A stretch of 64,000 nt of DNA from Thermodesulfobacteriota bacterium. GTDB taxonomy: Bacteria; Desulfobacterota_D; UBA1144; Nemesobacterales; UBA2774. The notes under the pieces are model-generated. The model was not told the origin of the DNA, did no database searches, and saw only the letters and a list, made by a program, of their open reading frames with translations. Shown here piece after piece: positions 10,755 through 20,512 of this stretch; positions within the stretch are counted from its first letter, which is position 1; every line of letters starts with the position of its first letter. A program made the position numbers and the translations under genes. Location of the stretch: NCBI GenBank assembly GCA_965223335.1, contig OZ244991.1:1024001-1088000 (forward strand). Direction: 5' to 3'.

Positions 10755-10886
10755 TTAGTTTGATTCCAGGAACAATAGCTGGCCACCTTCTGCTAAGTCA
10801 AAATTGAAAATTCTTGAAAGTGGGTTGAATGTGTCCTGGTCTTCTAATCCGTGTGCCTGCACATTGAAGATGAACAGAGTCCCCGG
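10755..10886 (-). pseudogene. Start-less C-terminal fragment resembling PhoX/DUF839-type phosphatase tails
   Basis: Translates PGTLFIFNVQAHGLEDQDTFNPLSRIFNFDLAEGGQLLFLESN*; in-frame stop just upstream, no RBS/ATG. Confidence 0.55.
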
Positions 10887-10888
10887 CC

Positions 10889-11968
10889 TTAATTTTTAAA
10901 TGCCATCCAGCTATGGTTTACGATATCCTCCGCTTCCATAAGCATAATGATTTCGTCAGCTATCTGTTCCCCCAGTTCCAGGTGAGTACTAAAGCCCACA
11001 CACGATGCATTTATCTCGCCCAGCACATAGAGATCATTACCGTCCTCATCCGTATCCAGTATAAAGTCCGCAGTCCATATAAGCGGCATATCATAATTCC
11101 CCAGACGTTCGATGATTACGTTAATATTCTTTTCGATCAGTTCCACAAGTTCGGGCCATTTGTCGGGAGTCTCGTATGTATATGTGGCCCCCGAAAACAG
11201 TGTGGCCGAAAAAGCATCGGGGCGATCAACCGGTTTTTTATGCACAATATACACAACTTTGTTCCTTAACATAAACACCCGTATTTCACCCTCTTTGATC
11301 CTTTCCAAATAAGGCATATCCAGTAACATACCACTCTCGCCGTCCAGATACTTCACACAATGGTCAATAAACTCACCGAGTTCCATAATTTCGACATGGT
11401 TGTCTCGGGCCTCGGTGCATTTTACTTTAGTGTTATGCGGTAGCGGTTCCTCTGAACTCCATGCGTTCCCGTTCTCCGTCATTACCTCCACTCTCCAGAT
11501 CCCTTCGCCCGTAGACCCTCTGTTTTGCTTGAGCACCCTTGTGTTTTTTGCCAGTGTAGAGGGGATATTGTTCTTGAATGTCTCGAAATCGTAATAGGCG
11601 TATACATCTTCAGGCACCAGGTCCGTACCTTTCAATTTTTCTATTGCGTTCTTAGCACCGTAATAGATCATTACATGAGGATGAGGCAGTCCTTTAATCC
11701 CCCGCTTTACCAGTTCGTTTAGCATCTGAAAGTAACCGGTTTCGTCACTCAGGAACCCGGGGTTAACTCTGCTTATGTATGCACATGCATTCTCTACGGT
11801 ATATTTGTATATTTCCCCTCTATCTTCATCCGAATAAAAAATGATTTCAGCAGTCCACCCTCTTTTTTTCAGAGAGTCCGCAATGGGCTTGGAATCCACC
11901 CTATAACCATACGGCCCCTTGTCGCTTCCTCCTCGTGCTTCAAAAATAATCACATGTTTATTATTCAT
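10889..11968 (-). CDS. Cj0069-family ATP-grasp protein
   Basis: FEARGGSDKG, RVNPG, RVLKQNRGSTGEGIW, EGEIR, WTADFIL, GEINASCVG. Confidence 0.8.
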   Translation of the reverse strand: MNNKHVIIFEARGGSDKGPYGYRVDSKPIADSLKKRGWTAEIIFYSDEDRGEIYKYTVENACAYISRVNPGFLSDETGYFQMLNELVKRGIKGLPHPHVMIYYGAKNAIEKLKGTDLVPEDVYAYYDFETFKNNIPSTLAKNTRVLKQNRGSTGEGIWRVEVMTENGNAWSSEEPLPHNTKVKCTEARDNHVEIMELGEFIDHCVKYLDGESGMLLDMPYLERIKEGEIRVFMLRNKVVYIVHKKPVDRPDAFSATLFSGATYTYETPDKWPELVELIEKNINVIIERLGNYDMPLIWTADFILDTDEDGNDLYVLGEINASCVGFSTHLELGEQIADEIIMLMEAEDIVNHSWMAFKN

Positions 11969-12056
11969 GGCTATGCTCCCGGACTATGATGTTTTGTTTT
12001 TGATAATGGAGTTGTTCTACCCATTTCCGCATCAAATAATCATTCAGTAATAATGT

Positions 12057-12072
12057 AGCAATAATCATGCCT
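12057..12072 (-). promoter_or_regulatory. Sigma54 (-24/-12) promoter of the Cj0069-family gene
   Basis: Minus strand AGGCATG-ATTA-TTGCT, GG-N10-GC spacing matching TGGCACG-N4-TTGCW. Confidence 0.65.
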
Positions 12073-12389
12073 ATCCTAATCCACTGCTTTTGCAGAAAAA
12101 TGTTTTCCAGCTGGTGTCAGATGTCAGAATTGTGGACAATACCCAATGGCAATATTCCAAAAGATATTGGGAGGAAGTATTCTAAGTACAGGAAAAGTAC
12201 TATTACAGCTTTCCCCAGAGCTTAACCAGATCGCATAAGAATAAATAATATATGGAGGGGAAAAGCACTTCGGTCAAAATGCCCAAAACCCACAGTAGTT
12301 TTGTTTAAGGATAATTCGCTATACACCCCTTCCCACAGGGCTCAAGCGCCTACAATAGATTTACCACGAACTCAACAATCCAAAAAGTT

Positions 12390-13049
12390 TTACTTAGGCT
12401 GTTTTACCAAGCGCAGGTATGGTTTCACCGTATTCCAACCCTCGGGGAACATATCCTTCGCATCGTCATCAGACACAGACGGCACAATTATTACATCGTC
12501 CCCGCTCTGCCAGTTCGCAGGGGTAGCCAATTTATGTTCCGATGTGAGCTGCATAGAATCGAGTACACGCAGAATCTCATGGAAATTACGCCCCGTAGTC
12601 ATCGGGTATGTCAGTATGAGCTTAATTTTTTTGTCAGGTCCGATCACAAAGACGGAGCGTACAGTAGCGTTAGTCGCAGCGGTACGGCCTTCCGATGTGC
12701 CGGCTTCGTCTGCCGGGAGCATATTGTAGAGCTTTGCAACCTCAAGATTAGTATCCCCGATCATCGGGTATTTAACCGCATGACCCTGCGTTTCTTCTAT
12801 ATCCTTTGACCACTCTAGGTGATCGTCCACAGTGTCTATGCTAAGTCCGATGACCTTGCAGTTGCGCTTGGCAAACTCAGGCTCAAGCCCGGCCATGTAA
12901 CCCAACTCTGTGGTACATACCGGGGTGAAGTCCTTGGGGTGTGAAAACAGCACTGCCCAGCCGTCGCCGATCCAGTCATGAAAATTTATCTCACCCTGAG
13001 TTGTTTCGGCGGTAAAATTTGGTGCTTCGTCATTTATTCTTAGCGACAT
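12390..13049 (-). CDS. 1-Cys peroxiredoxin (Prx6 family)
   Basis: FSHPKDFTPVCTTELG, YPMTTGRNF.EILR; GGAGG 8 nt before ATG 13049. Confidence 0.93.
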   Translation of the reverse strand: MSLRINDEAPNFTAETTQGEINFHDWIGDGWAVLFSHPKDFTPVCTTELGYMAGLEPEFAKRNCKVIGLSIDTVDDHLEWSKDIEETQGHAVKYPMIGDTNLEVAKLYNMLPADEAGTSEGRTAATNATVRSVFVIGPDKKIKLILTYPMTTGRNFHEILRVLDSMQLTSEHKLATPANWQSGDDVIIVPSVSDDDAKDMFPEGWNTVKPYLRLVKQPK

Positions 13050-13290
13050 TTTCAAACCCTCCTAATGTTTGATCTTAAGAGCTATCTATCCATACATCTA
13101 ATTTTGTTAAGCTTAGTCAAAACGGCATTTAAAACCGTTTTACATGTGCACGATGCATGTCGAGAGACCCAAACCTTATTATAGTAGTTAGCTTGTGATT
13201 CTTCAAACCCTAACCTTAATTTTTTCTCTAGTCATGATAGTTGTGTTAGACCGAGTTTTTTAGGCTCGGATTTTATTCGGGTTTTTCATC

Positions 13291-14154
13291 TTATTCATTA
13301 AAGTGATAAAAGCCCGAACCCAGCAGTCTGTATTCGAATTCCTTATCTTTAGTCATCGGGAAACCTGCACTAAATCCTAACTCTATGGCTTTATTCTTAA
13401 AGGGTGCGACTTTAAAACCCGGGTCTATGTTGAATACTGTCTCGCCTTTTTCTTCACCGTTTAATATGGTCTCACCATCGAACTCAAGGAGTAAGAACAG
13501 ATAATCAGTGGCAATATAAAGCAGTGAAAAATCAAATTTAAATTCGTCCCCTTCATCCTGATCTTTTTTCTGGTTTGTAGGAAACCCTAACCCTAAAAAC
13601 GAGACGAACTCGAACCCTTTATATTTATATCCCAAAGTAACGAATGGCTCGATCTCGAAAATATTGTCACTACCGATACCTTTTTTATCGTCCCCTGTAG
13701 GCAATCCAAATTCTATCCCACCCCCAAGCAGTATCCCGTACTGTTCCAGGATATAGGTCGCAAGCTTCAATCCGATTTCTATGTTGTTAAAATGATTTTG
13801 GTTAGGGCCTTGATCGACATTGAGAAATGTATATGGAAACTCAGCCTCTATACTGATGTTTTTTGTGAAGGCATACTCTATGCCTAACCTGATGGTACTC
13901 TCTTTAAATTTTGATGGACCATGCCCCTCTTCTCCCAGCTCCTCGTCTTCTATTTCTCCGCCTACATCAAGAAAAAAGTAGTCCAAGCGTATCTTTGTAT
14001 CCGGTGACGGCGATTCGGTGATCAAGGGATGTGAAAAATGTAGATAATTTTTTTTCTCCCCATCCCCATGGTCAGCATATGCTACGTGACCGGTCAGTAA
14101 AATCATACTACACATCAGTACCAAAATCTTAGATTCCTTTTCTTGTTTAACCAT
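13291..14154 (-). CDS. Putative outer-membrane beta-barrel protein with His-containing N-terminus
   Basis: Signal peptide ending AYA, alternating amphipathic strands, GLPTG motif, C-terminal YHF. Confidence 0.6.
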   Translation of the reverse strand: MVKQEKESKILVLMCSMILLTGHVAYADHGDGEKKNYLHFSHPLITESPSPDTKIRLDYFFLDVGGEIEDEELGEEGHGPSKFKESTIRLGIEYAFTKNISIEAEFPYTFLNVDQGPNQNHFNNIEIGLKLATYILEQYGILLGGGIEFGLPTGDDKKGIGSDNIFEIEPFVTLGYKYKGFEFVSFLGLGFPTNQKKDQDEGDEFKFDFSLLYIATDYLFLLLEFDGETILNGEEKGETVFNIDPGFKVAPFKNKAIELGFSAGFPMTKDKEFEYRLLGSGFYHFNE

Positions 14155-14497
14155 AAACAAACTCTTCTAAATCAATTTATACAACTCTTGTGACACAACT
14201 AGCAATAATCATCTTTACTATATAACGATTATTAATATTCATCAATAGCTTGTACTATATATTTGCGGCTATTTCAATACGTGATAGTGATAATATTGTT
14301 GTAAAGCCTCTAAAAGAGACCTCGTTGTTAACAAATGATGGGTTGATAGACTGATTTGGATAGTGGGACTTCAGTGCGAAGAGACAAAAACACCGTTACC
14401 AAACCGGTCACTACATGACACGACTTGGGAAGTTGTAAAACCAACTAAAACGAGTGTTGAATTTGGTCTTGGAACGAGACTACTTACTAATCGACGA

Positions 14498-14830
14498 TTA
14501 AGTAAGGTCTTTTGTCTCGGCTATGGGACCGTTTTTCTTTACAGATGCAATACCCTTCTCCATGGACGAGGTAGATGAGTACATTTCGCTCATCCCGATC
14601 ACCTGCCCGTTTGGAGATGTAAGTGTAAAGTATGGGTCGCCTTTTTTAGACTTCTTTCTATCAAAACGCTTGTCATTACGCGAGTTTTTCGCCACGGACT
14701 TGATCCCGTTTTTAGCGCTTGGTTTCGAGTTATACATTTCGCTCGTCAATATAACCTGGCCATTGGCAGCTTTTAGATTAAACATAAACTTACCGCCTCT
14801 AGCTTTCTTGAGTTCAAACTTACTAGCCAT
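14498..14830 (-). CDS. YegP family protein (tandem DUF1508)
   Basis: Two repeats of F.L.a.NGQVI..SEMY.S......GI.SV.KN. Confidence 0.9.
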   Translation of the reverse strand: MASKFELKKARGGKFMFNLKAANGQVILTSEMYNSKPSAKNGIKSVAKNSRNDKRFDRKKSKKGDPYFTLTSPNGQVIGMSEMYSSTSSMEKGIASVKKNGPIAETKDLT

Positions 14831-15104
14831 ACCGTACCTCCGTGAATATTTTGTTAACTACGTAGATATTATATAATCGGATTTTATAAAATTAGCAACA
14901 ATTTATAGATGCTAATTTGATTTTGATGATATGAAAACAGCTCGAATAGCCGAGTAATGTGCCAATGAATTATGACAACATCTTAGTATGTATAGTATTA
15001 TAATTAAGAGACAATTATCAGTTGAGATTATAAAAGTAATTATTGCATTATGTGTTATAATCCATATATTGTATTTTTTATTTGACGAAAGGAGGATTTA
15101 ATTA

Positions 15105-15359
15105 ATGGGTATTCTGTCTTGGATTCTATTTGGATTAATCGCCGGAGCCATTGCCAAGCTCCTTATGCCTGGGAAAGATCCGGGTGGTTTCATCATTACC
15201 ATTATTATCGGTATTGTCGGGGCCATGGTAGGAGGATTTATAGGTAACTTCCTAGGATTAGGCAGTGTAAGTGGCTTTAATTTAATGAGTTTCATAATTG
15301 CCGTGGCCGGATCGATAATACTTTTGTTGATTTACCGTTTAGCAAAAAGCAGAGCATAG
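15105..15359 (+). CDS. GlsB/YeaQ/YmgE family stress-response membrane protein
   Basis: WILFGLIAGAIAKLLMPG, GIVGAMVGG; AAGGAGG RBS. Confidence 0.92.
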   Translation: MGILSWILFGLIAGAIAKLLMPGKDPGGFIITIIIGIVGAMVGGFIGNFLGLGSVSGFNLMSFIIAVAGSIILLLIYRLAKSRA

Positions 15360-15442
15360 GTTGGGATTAGCGTCGTCATATTGCTACAGGTATTAGTATG
15401 GTACTCTATACTAGAGTGTGATATTGGTATCTAGGCAACAAG

Positions 15443-16201
15443 ATGCCACAACTCAATAAAATTACAGAGTTCTTGGACGACTATTTACGCATAGACGATA
15501 TAGACGATGCGTGCTGGAACGGGTTGCAATTCCAGGGCAACCAAACTGTCTCTAAAATAGCGTTTGCAGTTGATGCATGTGTAGAGGCAATAGCCGAGGC
15601 TGAGAATCGTGGGGCCCAGATGCTCATAACACACCACGGTCATTACTGGCGGTCACAAAACCCGTCGGTCCGCGATTGGTCTAAAGAGAGAATCGACCTT
15701 CTATACAAGAATAATCTTTCTCTATATTCCTGTCACCTCCCGCTCGATAGACACCCCAAAGTCGGGAACAATGTAGAGCTCATAAAACTTCTCGGCGCTA
15801 GGGTAAAGGACGAGTTCTATTTTCATAGGGGCAAAAATATAGGCTGGACCGGCGAATGGAAAAAGCCGGTCTCCATTAATAACATTGTAAAGACACTTAA
15901 TTCCGAGCTCAATACAGTGTGCCGTGTTCTAAACTTCGGGAAAAAGAATATAAAAACTATTGCAGTCTGTAGTGGGGGTGGCAGCTATAGCGGTTTTTAT
16001 GATGCACTTGATAGGGGTGTCGATCTATATCTCACGGGTGATGCTGTTGAGGTTTACTACAGCGCCAAAGATGCGGGTATCAATGTTATCTTTGCCGGTC
16101 ATCATGCTACTGAGACCGTTGGACTTTTGGCTCTCTCCAAGGAAATTAAACGTAAATTCAAGGTTAAGACAGATTTCATAGACTTACCAACTGGGCTTTA
16201 A
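15443..16201 (+). CDS. Nif3-like dinuclear metal centre protein
   Basis: NGLQ, THHG, HLPLDRHP.VGNN, AGHHATE. Confidence 0.9.
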   Translation: MPQLNKITEFLDDYLRIDDIDDACWNGLQFQGNQTVSKIAFAVDACVEAIAEAENRGAQMLITHHGHYWRSQNPSVRDWSKERIDLLYKNNLSLYSCHLPLDRHPKVGNNVELIKLLGARVKDEFYFHRGKNIGWTGEWKKPVSINNIVKTLNSELNTVCRVLNFGKKNIKTIAVCSGGGSYSGFYDALDRGVDLYLTGDAVEVYYSAKDAGINVIFAGHHATETVGLLALSKEIKRKFKVKTDFIDLPTGL

Positions 16202-16255
16202 TTTTTCGAGCCCAAATGAAAACTGTAGATAAGCATACTTGCTATATTTAAATCA

Positions 16256-16284
16256 TTGACAAAGTTATGACGTACTCTTAGAAT
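16256..16284 (+). promoter_or_regulatory. Sigma70 promoter of leuA
   Basis: TTGACA-17 nt-TAGAAT, followed by AGGAGG RBS. Confidence 0.75.
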
Positions 16285-16310
16285 ATTTTGTTTATAGGAG
16301 GCGAGTTAAA

Positions 16311-17858
16311 ATGAGTAGCGGTGACGTAGTAAAAATATTCGACACCACACTAAGAGACGGTGAACAGGCGCCGGGCTGCGGCATGACGGTAGAAGAAAAA
16401 CTGCGTGTTGCGCACCAGCTTGAGAGGCTCGGAGTCGATATAATCGAAGCCGGTTTTCCCATCTCATCCGAGGGTGATTTCGAATCCGTTAAACTCATTG
16501 CCGAAAAGATAAGGGGCTGCGAAATAGCCGGGCTCTGCAGAGCAAACTTAAAGGACATTGACCGTGGATGGGAAGCGGTACAGGGGGCCGAGAACCCAAG
16601 GATCCACACATTCATTGCAACCTCGGATATCCATCTAAAACATAAACTCCGTAAATCACAGGACGAAGTACTCGAAATAATAAGCGGGGCAGTGAAGCAT
16701 GCAAAAAACTATACAGATAACGTTGAGTTCTCTTGCGAGGACGCCACTAGAACTGATCTCGATTATCTATGCAAAGCTGTCGATGTAGCGGTTCGTGCGG
16801 GGGCAACTACTATAAACATCCCCGACACTGTCGGCTACACGGTGCCCGATGAGTTCGCTCATATCATTAGGACGCTAAAAGAAAAAGTCTCAGGACTAGA
16901 CAACGTCACACTAAGTGTGCATTGTCACAACGATCTCGGTCTTGCGGTAGCCAACTCACTTGCCGCGGTCCGCGAGGGTGCAAGGCAGGTGGAGTGCACC
17001 ATAAACGGTCTTGGCGAGAGGGCCGGCAACGCGTCCCTCGAAGAGATAGTAATGGGTCTTAAGGTACGTCACGATAAAAACCCATATACCACAAGGCTTG
17101 TAACCGAACAGATTTATCCGACCAGCCGCATCGTATCTCAGGTCACCGGTGTTAATGTACAGCCCAACAAGGCCATCGTAGGCGCAAACGCTTTCGCACA
17201 CGAGGCGGGCATTCACCAAGACGGTGTACTCAAAGATAGGATCACTTACGAGATCATGAGACCTGAAGAGGTAGGCATACCGTCAAATAAACTCGTGCTC
17301 GGTAAACACTCGGGACGCCATGCGTTTCGTGACCGCTTAGACGACTATGGTTACGACCTCGACGACGAGACCTTTGAGACTGCTTTTAAAAAATTCAAGG
17401 ATCTTGCGGACAAGAAAAAGTACGTGTTCGATGAAGACATTGAGGCACTTATAAGCGAGGAGTTCGTCCGTTCCTCAGATTTCTATAAATTAATATCAAC
17501 CAATTACGGCGGGGGCACAGAGATGCACCCCGTGGCAACTATAAAGATGCTTATAGACGGCGAAGAGGTCGTAGTATCCGAGGCTGGCGACGGCCCGGTA
17601 GATGCTGCCTACAGGGCAGTTTCCAGGGCCACAGGGTTCGAGCCTACATTGGAGCACTATGTAGTAGCCTCTATCACCGAGGGCATCGACGCCCAGGGCG
17701 AGGTCACCGTACGCGTAGAGGACCAAGGTGTAATCACACAGGGTCTGGGCTCGAGCACGGATATTGTTGTGGCGAGTGTAAAGGCTTATATAAATGCCTT
17801 AAACAAACTCAGGTGGCGCAAGGAACACCCCAAAAGAGCAACCTCGAGTGGTGTTTAA
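16311..17858 (+). CDS. leuA: 2-isopropylmalate synthase
   Basis: DTTLRDGEQ, HCHNDLG, GERAGN, HEAGIHQDG, C-terminal regulatory domain GDGPVDA. Confidence 0.96.
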   Translation: MSSGDVVKIFDTTLRDGEQAPGCGMTVEEKLRVAHQLERLGVDIIEAGFPISSEGDFESVKLIAEKIRGCEIAGLCRANLKDIDRGWEAVQGAENPRIHTFIATSDIHLKHKLRKSQDEVLEIISGAVKHAKNYTDNVEFSCEDATRTDLDYLCKAVDVAVRAGATTINIPDTVGYTVPDEFAHIIRTLKEKVSGLDNVTLSVHCHNDLGLAVANSLAAVREGARQVECTINGLGERAGNASLEEIVMGLKVRHDKNPYTTRLVTEQIYPTSRIVSQVTGVNVQPNKAIVGANAFAHEAGIHQDGVLKDRITYEIMRPEEVGIPSNKLVLGKHSGRHAFRDRLDDYGYDLDDETFETAFKKFKDLADKKKYVFDEDIEALISEEFVRSSDFYKLISTNYGGGTEMHPVATIKMLIDGEEVVVSEAGDGPVDAAYRAVSRATGFEPTLEHYVVASITEGIDAQGEVTVRVEDQGVITQGLGSSTDIVVASVKAYINALNKLRWRKEHPKRATSSGV

Positions 17859-17924
17859 TATCTGCAGCCCATATTCTTACTTTCACATATGATTATTGGG
17901 TATATACTGTATTAGTATATCGAG

Positions 17925-19409
17925 ATGGCATTCCCAACCCAAGAAGTAGAAAAATACATACGATCCGGCTACCCAATACTATTTCTTATCTCATGGGAAG
18001 AGGAACGCGTTGAGAATATAGTGCGCAGGATCGGCAAAAAGATCTTGGGCGAGGACTCCAAGTTCTATGTATGGTCTTGCACCGACGGCACCCGAGGTGA
18101 AGACGGATACATTGAGGGTACCGATGGCATCGTAAGTGCACTCAACAAAGTGATCTCCGACGAGGGCCCGGGCATATACTTTTTCAAAGACCTTAGTTTT
18201 TACCTGAGCGATCCCAAGCTCATCAGAAAGCTAAAAGACGTTTATCAGAAGCTTAGAAAGTCCAAGAAAACATTGTTCGTACTCAGCCAATCACTCGTTG
18301 TACCGCCCGAGCTAGAGAAAGAGGTAACCACTATTGATATTGGGCTACCCGACAGGGAAGAGGCCGAGCGGATTTTCGACTTTGTGCTTAAGTCCTATGC
18401 GTCCGATGACCTGGCGGGCTCTGTGAACGGCAATATCAAAGAGGCGGCTATAAATGCAATTGTGGGGCTTGGGGCTTTGGAGATGGAGCTTGCCCTTCGC
18501 AGGACCTTGATCGGTCGGACTGCTATGGATGATGACGCCGTCGATATGCTGCTTGAAGAAAAGGCACAACTCGTAAAAAAAACCGGGACCCTAGATTTTG
18601 TAAGGAGCCGTGTAGATATAGAACAGGTAGGGGGACTCGAGAATTTAAAGGACTGGCTCGACACCCGCCAGCTTGCTTTTTCGAGTAAGGCAAAAGAGTT
18701 TGGCTTGGATGTGCCCAGAGGGTTGTTGCTGATGGGTATAAGCGGGTGCGGTAAAAGTCTCTGTGCCAAGGCCATTGCCACGGCCTGGAACTTACCCTTG
18801 CTTAGGCTCGATGTTAATCAGGTATATGGAGGATCTGTGGGCACCCCCGAAGAGGCGTTTAGAAGGGCCATCAAAACCGTGGAAGCGACCTCACCATGTG
18901 TGCTTTGGATTGACGAGATTGAGGCGGGTATAACTAGAAGCGGTGAAAAATCTACCGATAGCGCTTCATCACGCATTTTCGGTTTTTTCCTCACATGGAT
19001 GCAGGAAAAACAGTACCCTGTGTTCATTACAGCTACAGCAAATCAGATTGATCTGCTCCCGCCCGAGATTCTTAGAAAGGGAAGGTTCGACGAGATCTTC
19101 TTTGTCACACTACCGTCCCGAAGTGAGAGAAAGGAGATATTTAAGATCCATCTTGAGAGTAGGGGAAAGAACCCGGAAAAGTTTGACCTTGAGTCCTTGG
19201 CTAAGAACACTGAAGGGCTAAGCGGGGCCGAGATCGAACAGGCTGTGGTGTCTGCGCTCTTCGAATCATTTTCCAAAGAAAAAGAGCTTGAGGACCGCGA
19301 CCTTATTATTGCGGCTTCAACAATCGTACCGCTTGCAACTACAATGCGTGAAGAGATCTCCAAGCTCGAGAGGTGGGCGTCTGACAGGGCTGTAAAGGCT
19401 TCCAAGTAA
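17925..19409 (+). CDS. AAA+ ATPase, Ycf46-like
   Basis: GGLENLKDWL, Walker A GISGCGKS, Walker B LWIDEIE, LRKGRFDEIFFV. Confidence 0.88.
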   Translation: MAFPTQEVEKYIRSGYPILFLISWEEERVENIVRRIGKKILGEDSKFYVWSCTDGTRGEDGYIEGTDGIVSALNKVISDEGPGIYFFKDLSFYLSDPKLIRKLKDVYQKLRKSKKTLFVLSQSLVVPPELEKEVTTIDIGLPDREEAERIFDFVLKSYASDDLAGSVNGNIKEAAINAIVGLGALEMELALRRTLIGRTAMDDDAVDMLLEEKAQLVKKTGTLDFVRSRVDIEQVGGLENLKDWLDTRQLAFSSKAKEFGLDVPRGLLLMGISGCGKSLCAKAIATAWNLPLLRLDVNQVYGGSVGTPEEAFRRAIKTVEATSPCVLWIDEIEAGITRSGEKSTDSASSRIFGFFLTWMQEKQYPVFITATANQIDLLPPEILRKGRFDEIFFVTLPSRSERKEIFKIHLESRGKNPEKFDLESLAKNTEGLSGAEIEQAVVSALFESFSKEKELEDRDLIIAASTIVPLATTMREEISKLERWASDRAVKASK

Positions 19410-19513
19410 TCGGTCTGTTAGAGCGTTTTTATTTGCAGATATAATATGTTTTATGAATCGTATAATAAATTTGACAGAACAATGTTAACTAGTAAGTAAA
19501 ATATATCACCTTT

Positions 19514-19590
<77 letters not shown>

Positions 19591-19644
19591 ACTATTACAG
19601 CAGGTTATATCCTATTACTCTTGCTTAAGAGGATCAGACACACA

Positions 19645-20186
19645 TTATACTACTATAAAATTGATGTTGTAATTATCCCACAATGATTTTATCAATTCTT
19701 TTTCTTCATCTGACTTTGATGAATGCAAAATTTGTCTTCCTTTAGTTGTATCAATAAAGAAATAAAGTACAAAACTGTATGTTGTGGAGTATGTTAAAGC
19801 CTGACCTAATCCTCTTCTAATTGCCTCCCCTGAGTTTCCTTTTTTTATTTCAAATGCAATGTCTGTTTTCTTATCTAATTCAAGAACTGCATCAGGACGA
19901 TGATACATTGCATATCGTTCGAAATTATTTACAATTACTCCCTGCTTTTGTTCAAACTTAAATCCGTTATTTGCTATCTCATTTGCTTTAGCATCATTGA
20001 GACCATAATATCTTTTCAATATTCTAGAAAGACTCTTTTCTAGCCTAGTAAATACAGCCTTTTGAATTGGTTTTTCCTTTTCTCTTTCTCTACCAACCGT
20101 ATCTCCAAGGTACTCATGATTTTTAATTGATCTGATTATGGCAGATATTAGTTTTTCTCTTTTTTTGTTTTAACAGCTCTACCCAT
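19645..20186 (-). pseudogene. PD-(D/E)xK-like nuclease, frameshifted in an A-run near its 5' end
   Basis: RPD...FEIK...GLGQALTY motif; the reading frame is open to about 20169, while the GGAGG-led ATG at 20186 is one base out of frame. Confidence 0.6.
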
Positions 20187-20303
20187 TTTTGTGCCTCCAA
20201 AATAGCTGTGATATTTCCTTATTATAAAAGTAAAAAGACTATTATTTCAAGTATACGATAAATATAGGATCAGGAATTGTTTGTAAAGTGCGAATTTCAG
20301 GGC

Positions 20304-20320
20304 TTCGATTCCCCTCATCT
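20304..20320 (+). repeat. 17-bp direct repeat of the tRNA-Ala 3' end (att-like site)
   Basis: TTCGATTCCCCTCATCT is identical to 19568-19584. Confidence 0.85.
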
Positions 20321-20512
20321 ATACTTATGATTACAAAGAGTTAAGTTTCCATCCATTGTTTGTGGATCGCTAGTGTCACCGGATTAGTCATCTACTGCGT
20401 CAGAAAAAAATAATCAGAGTCCTTACAAATTTATATGAAATAATGCTTTGAATTAGCATGTTCGAGAATACAAGTTTCTGTTTTCCTATATAAATATTAT
20501 AATATTGAATAT

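Noticed and set aside
14283..14301. Fur-box-like GATAGTGATAATATTGTTG upstream of the beta-barrel gene
   Set aside because: Only 13/19 match in very AT-rich DNA, which is not distinguishable from chance.
14320..14495. Possible ncRNA or small gene between the beta-barrel gene and yegP (track ORF 14363-14578)
   Set aside because: No recognisable structure or motif, and the ORF runs antisense into yegP.
16202..16310. Leucine attenuator or T-box before leuA
   Set aside because: The promoter leaves only about 20 nt of leader, with no Leu-rich peptide.
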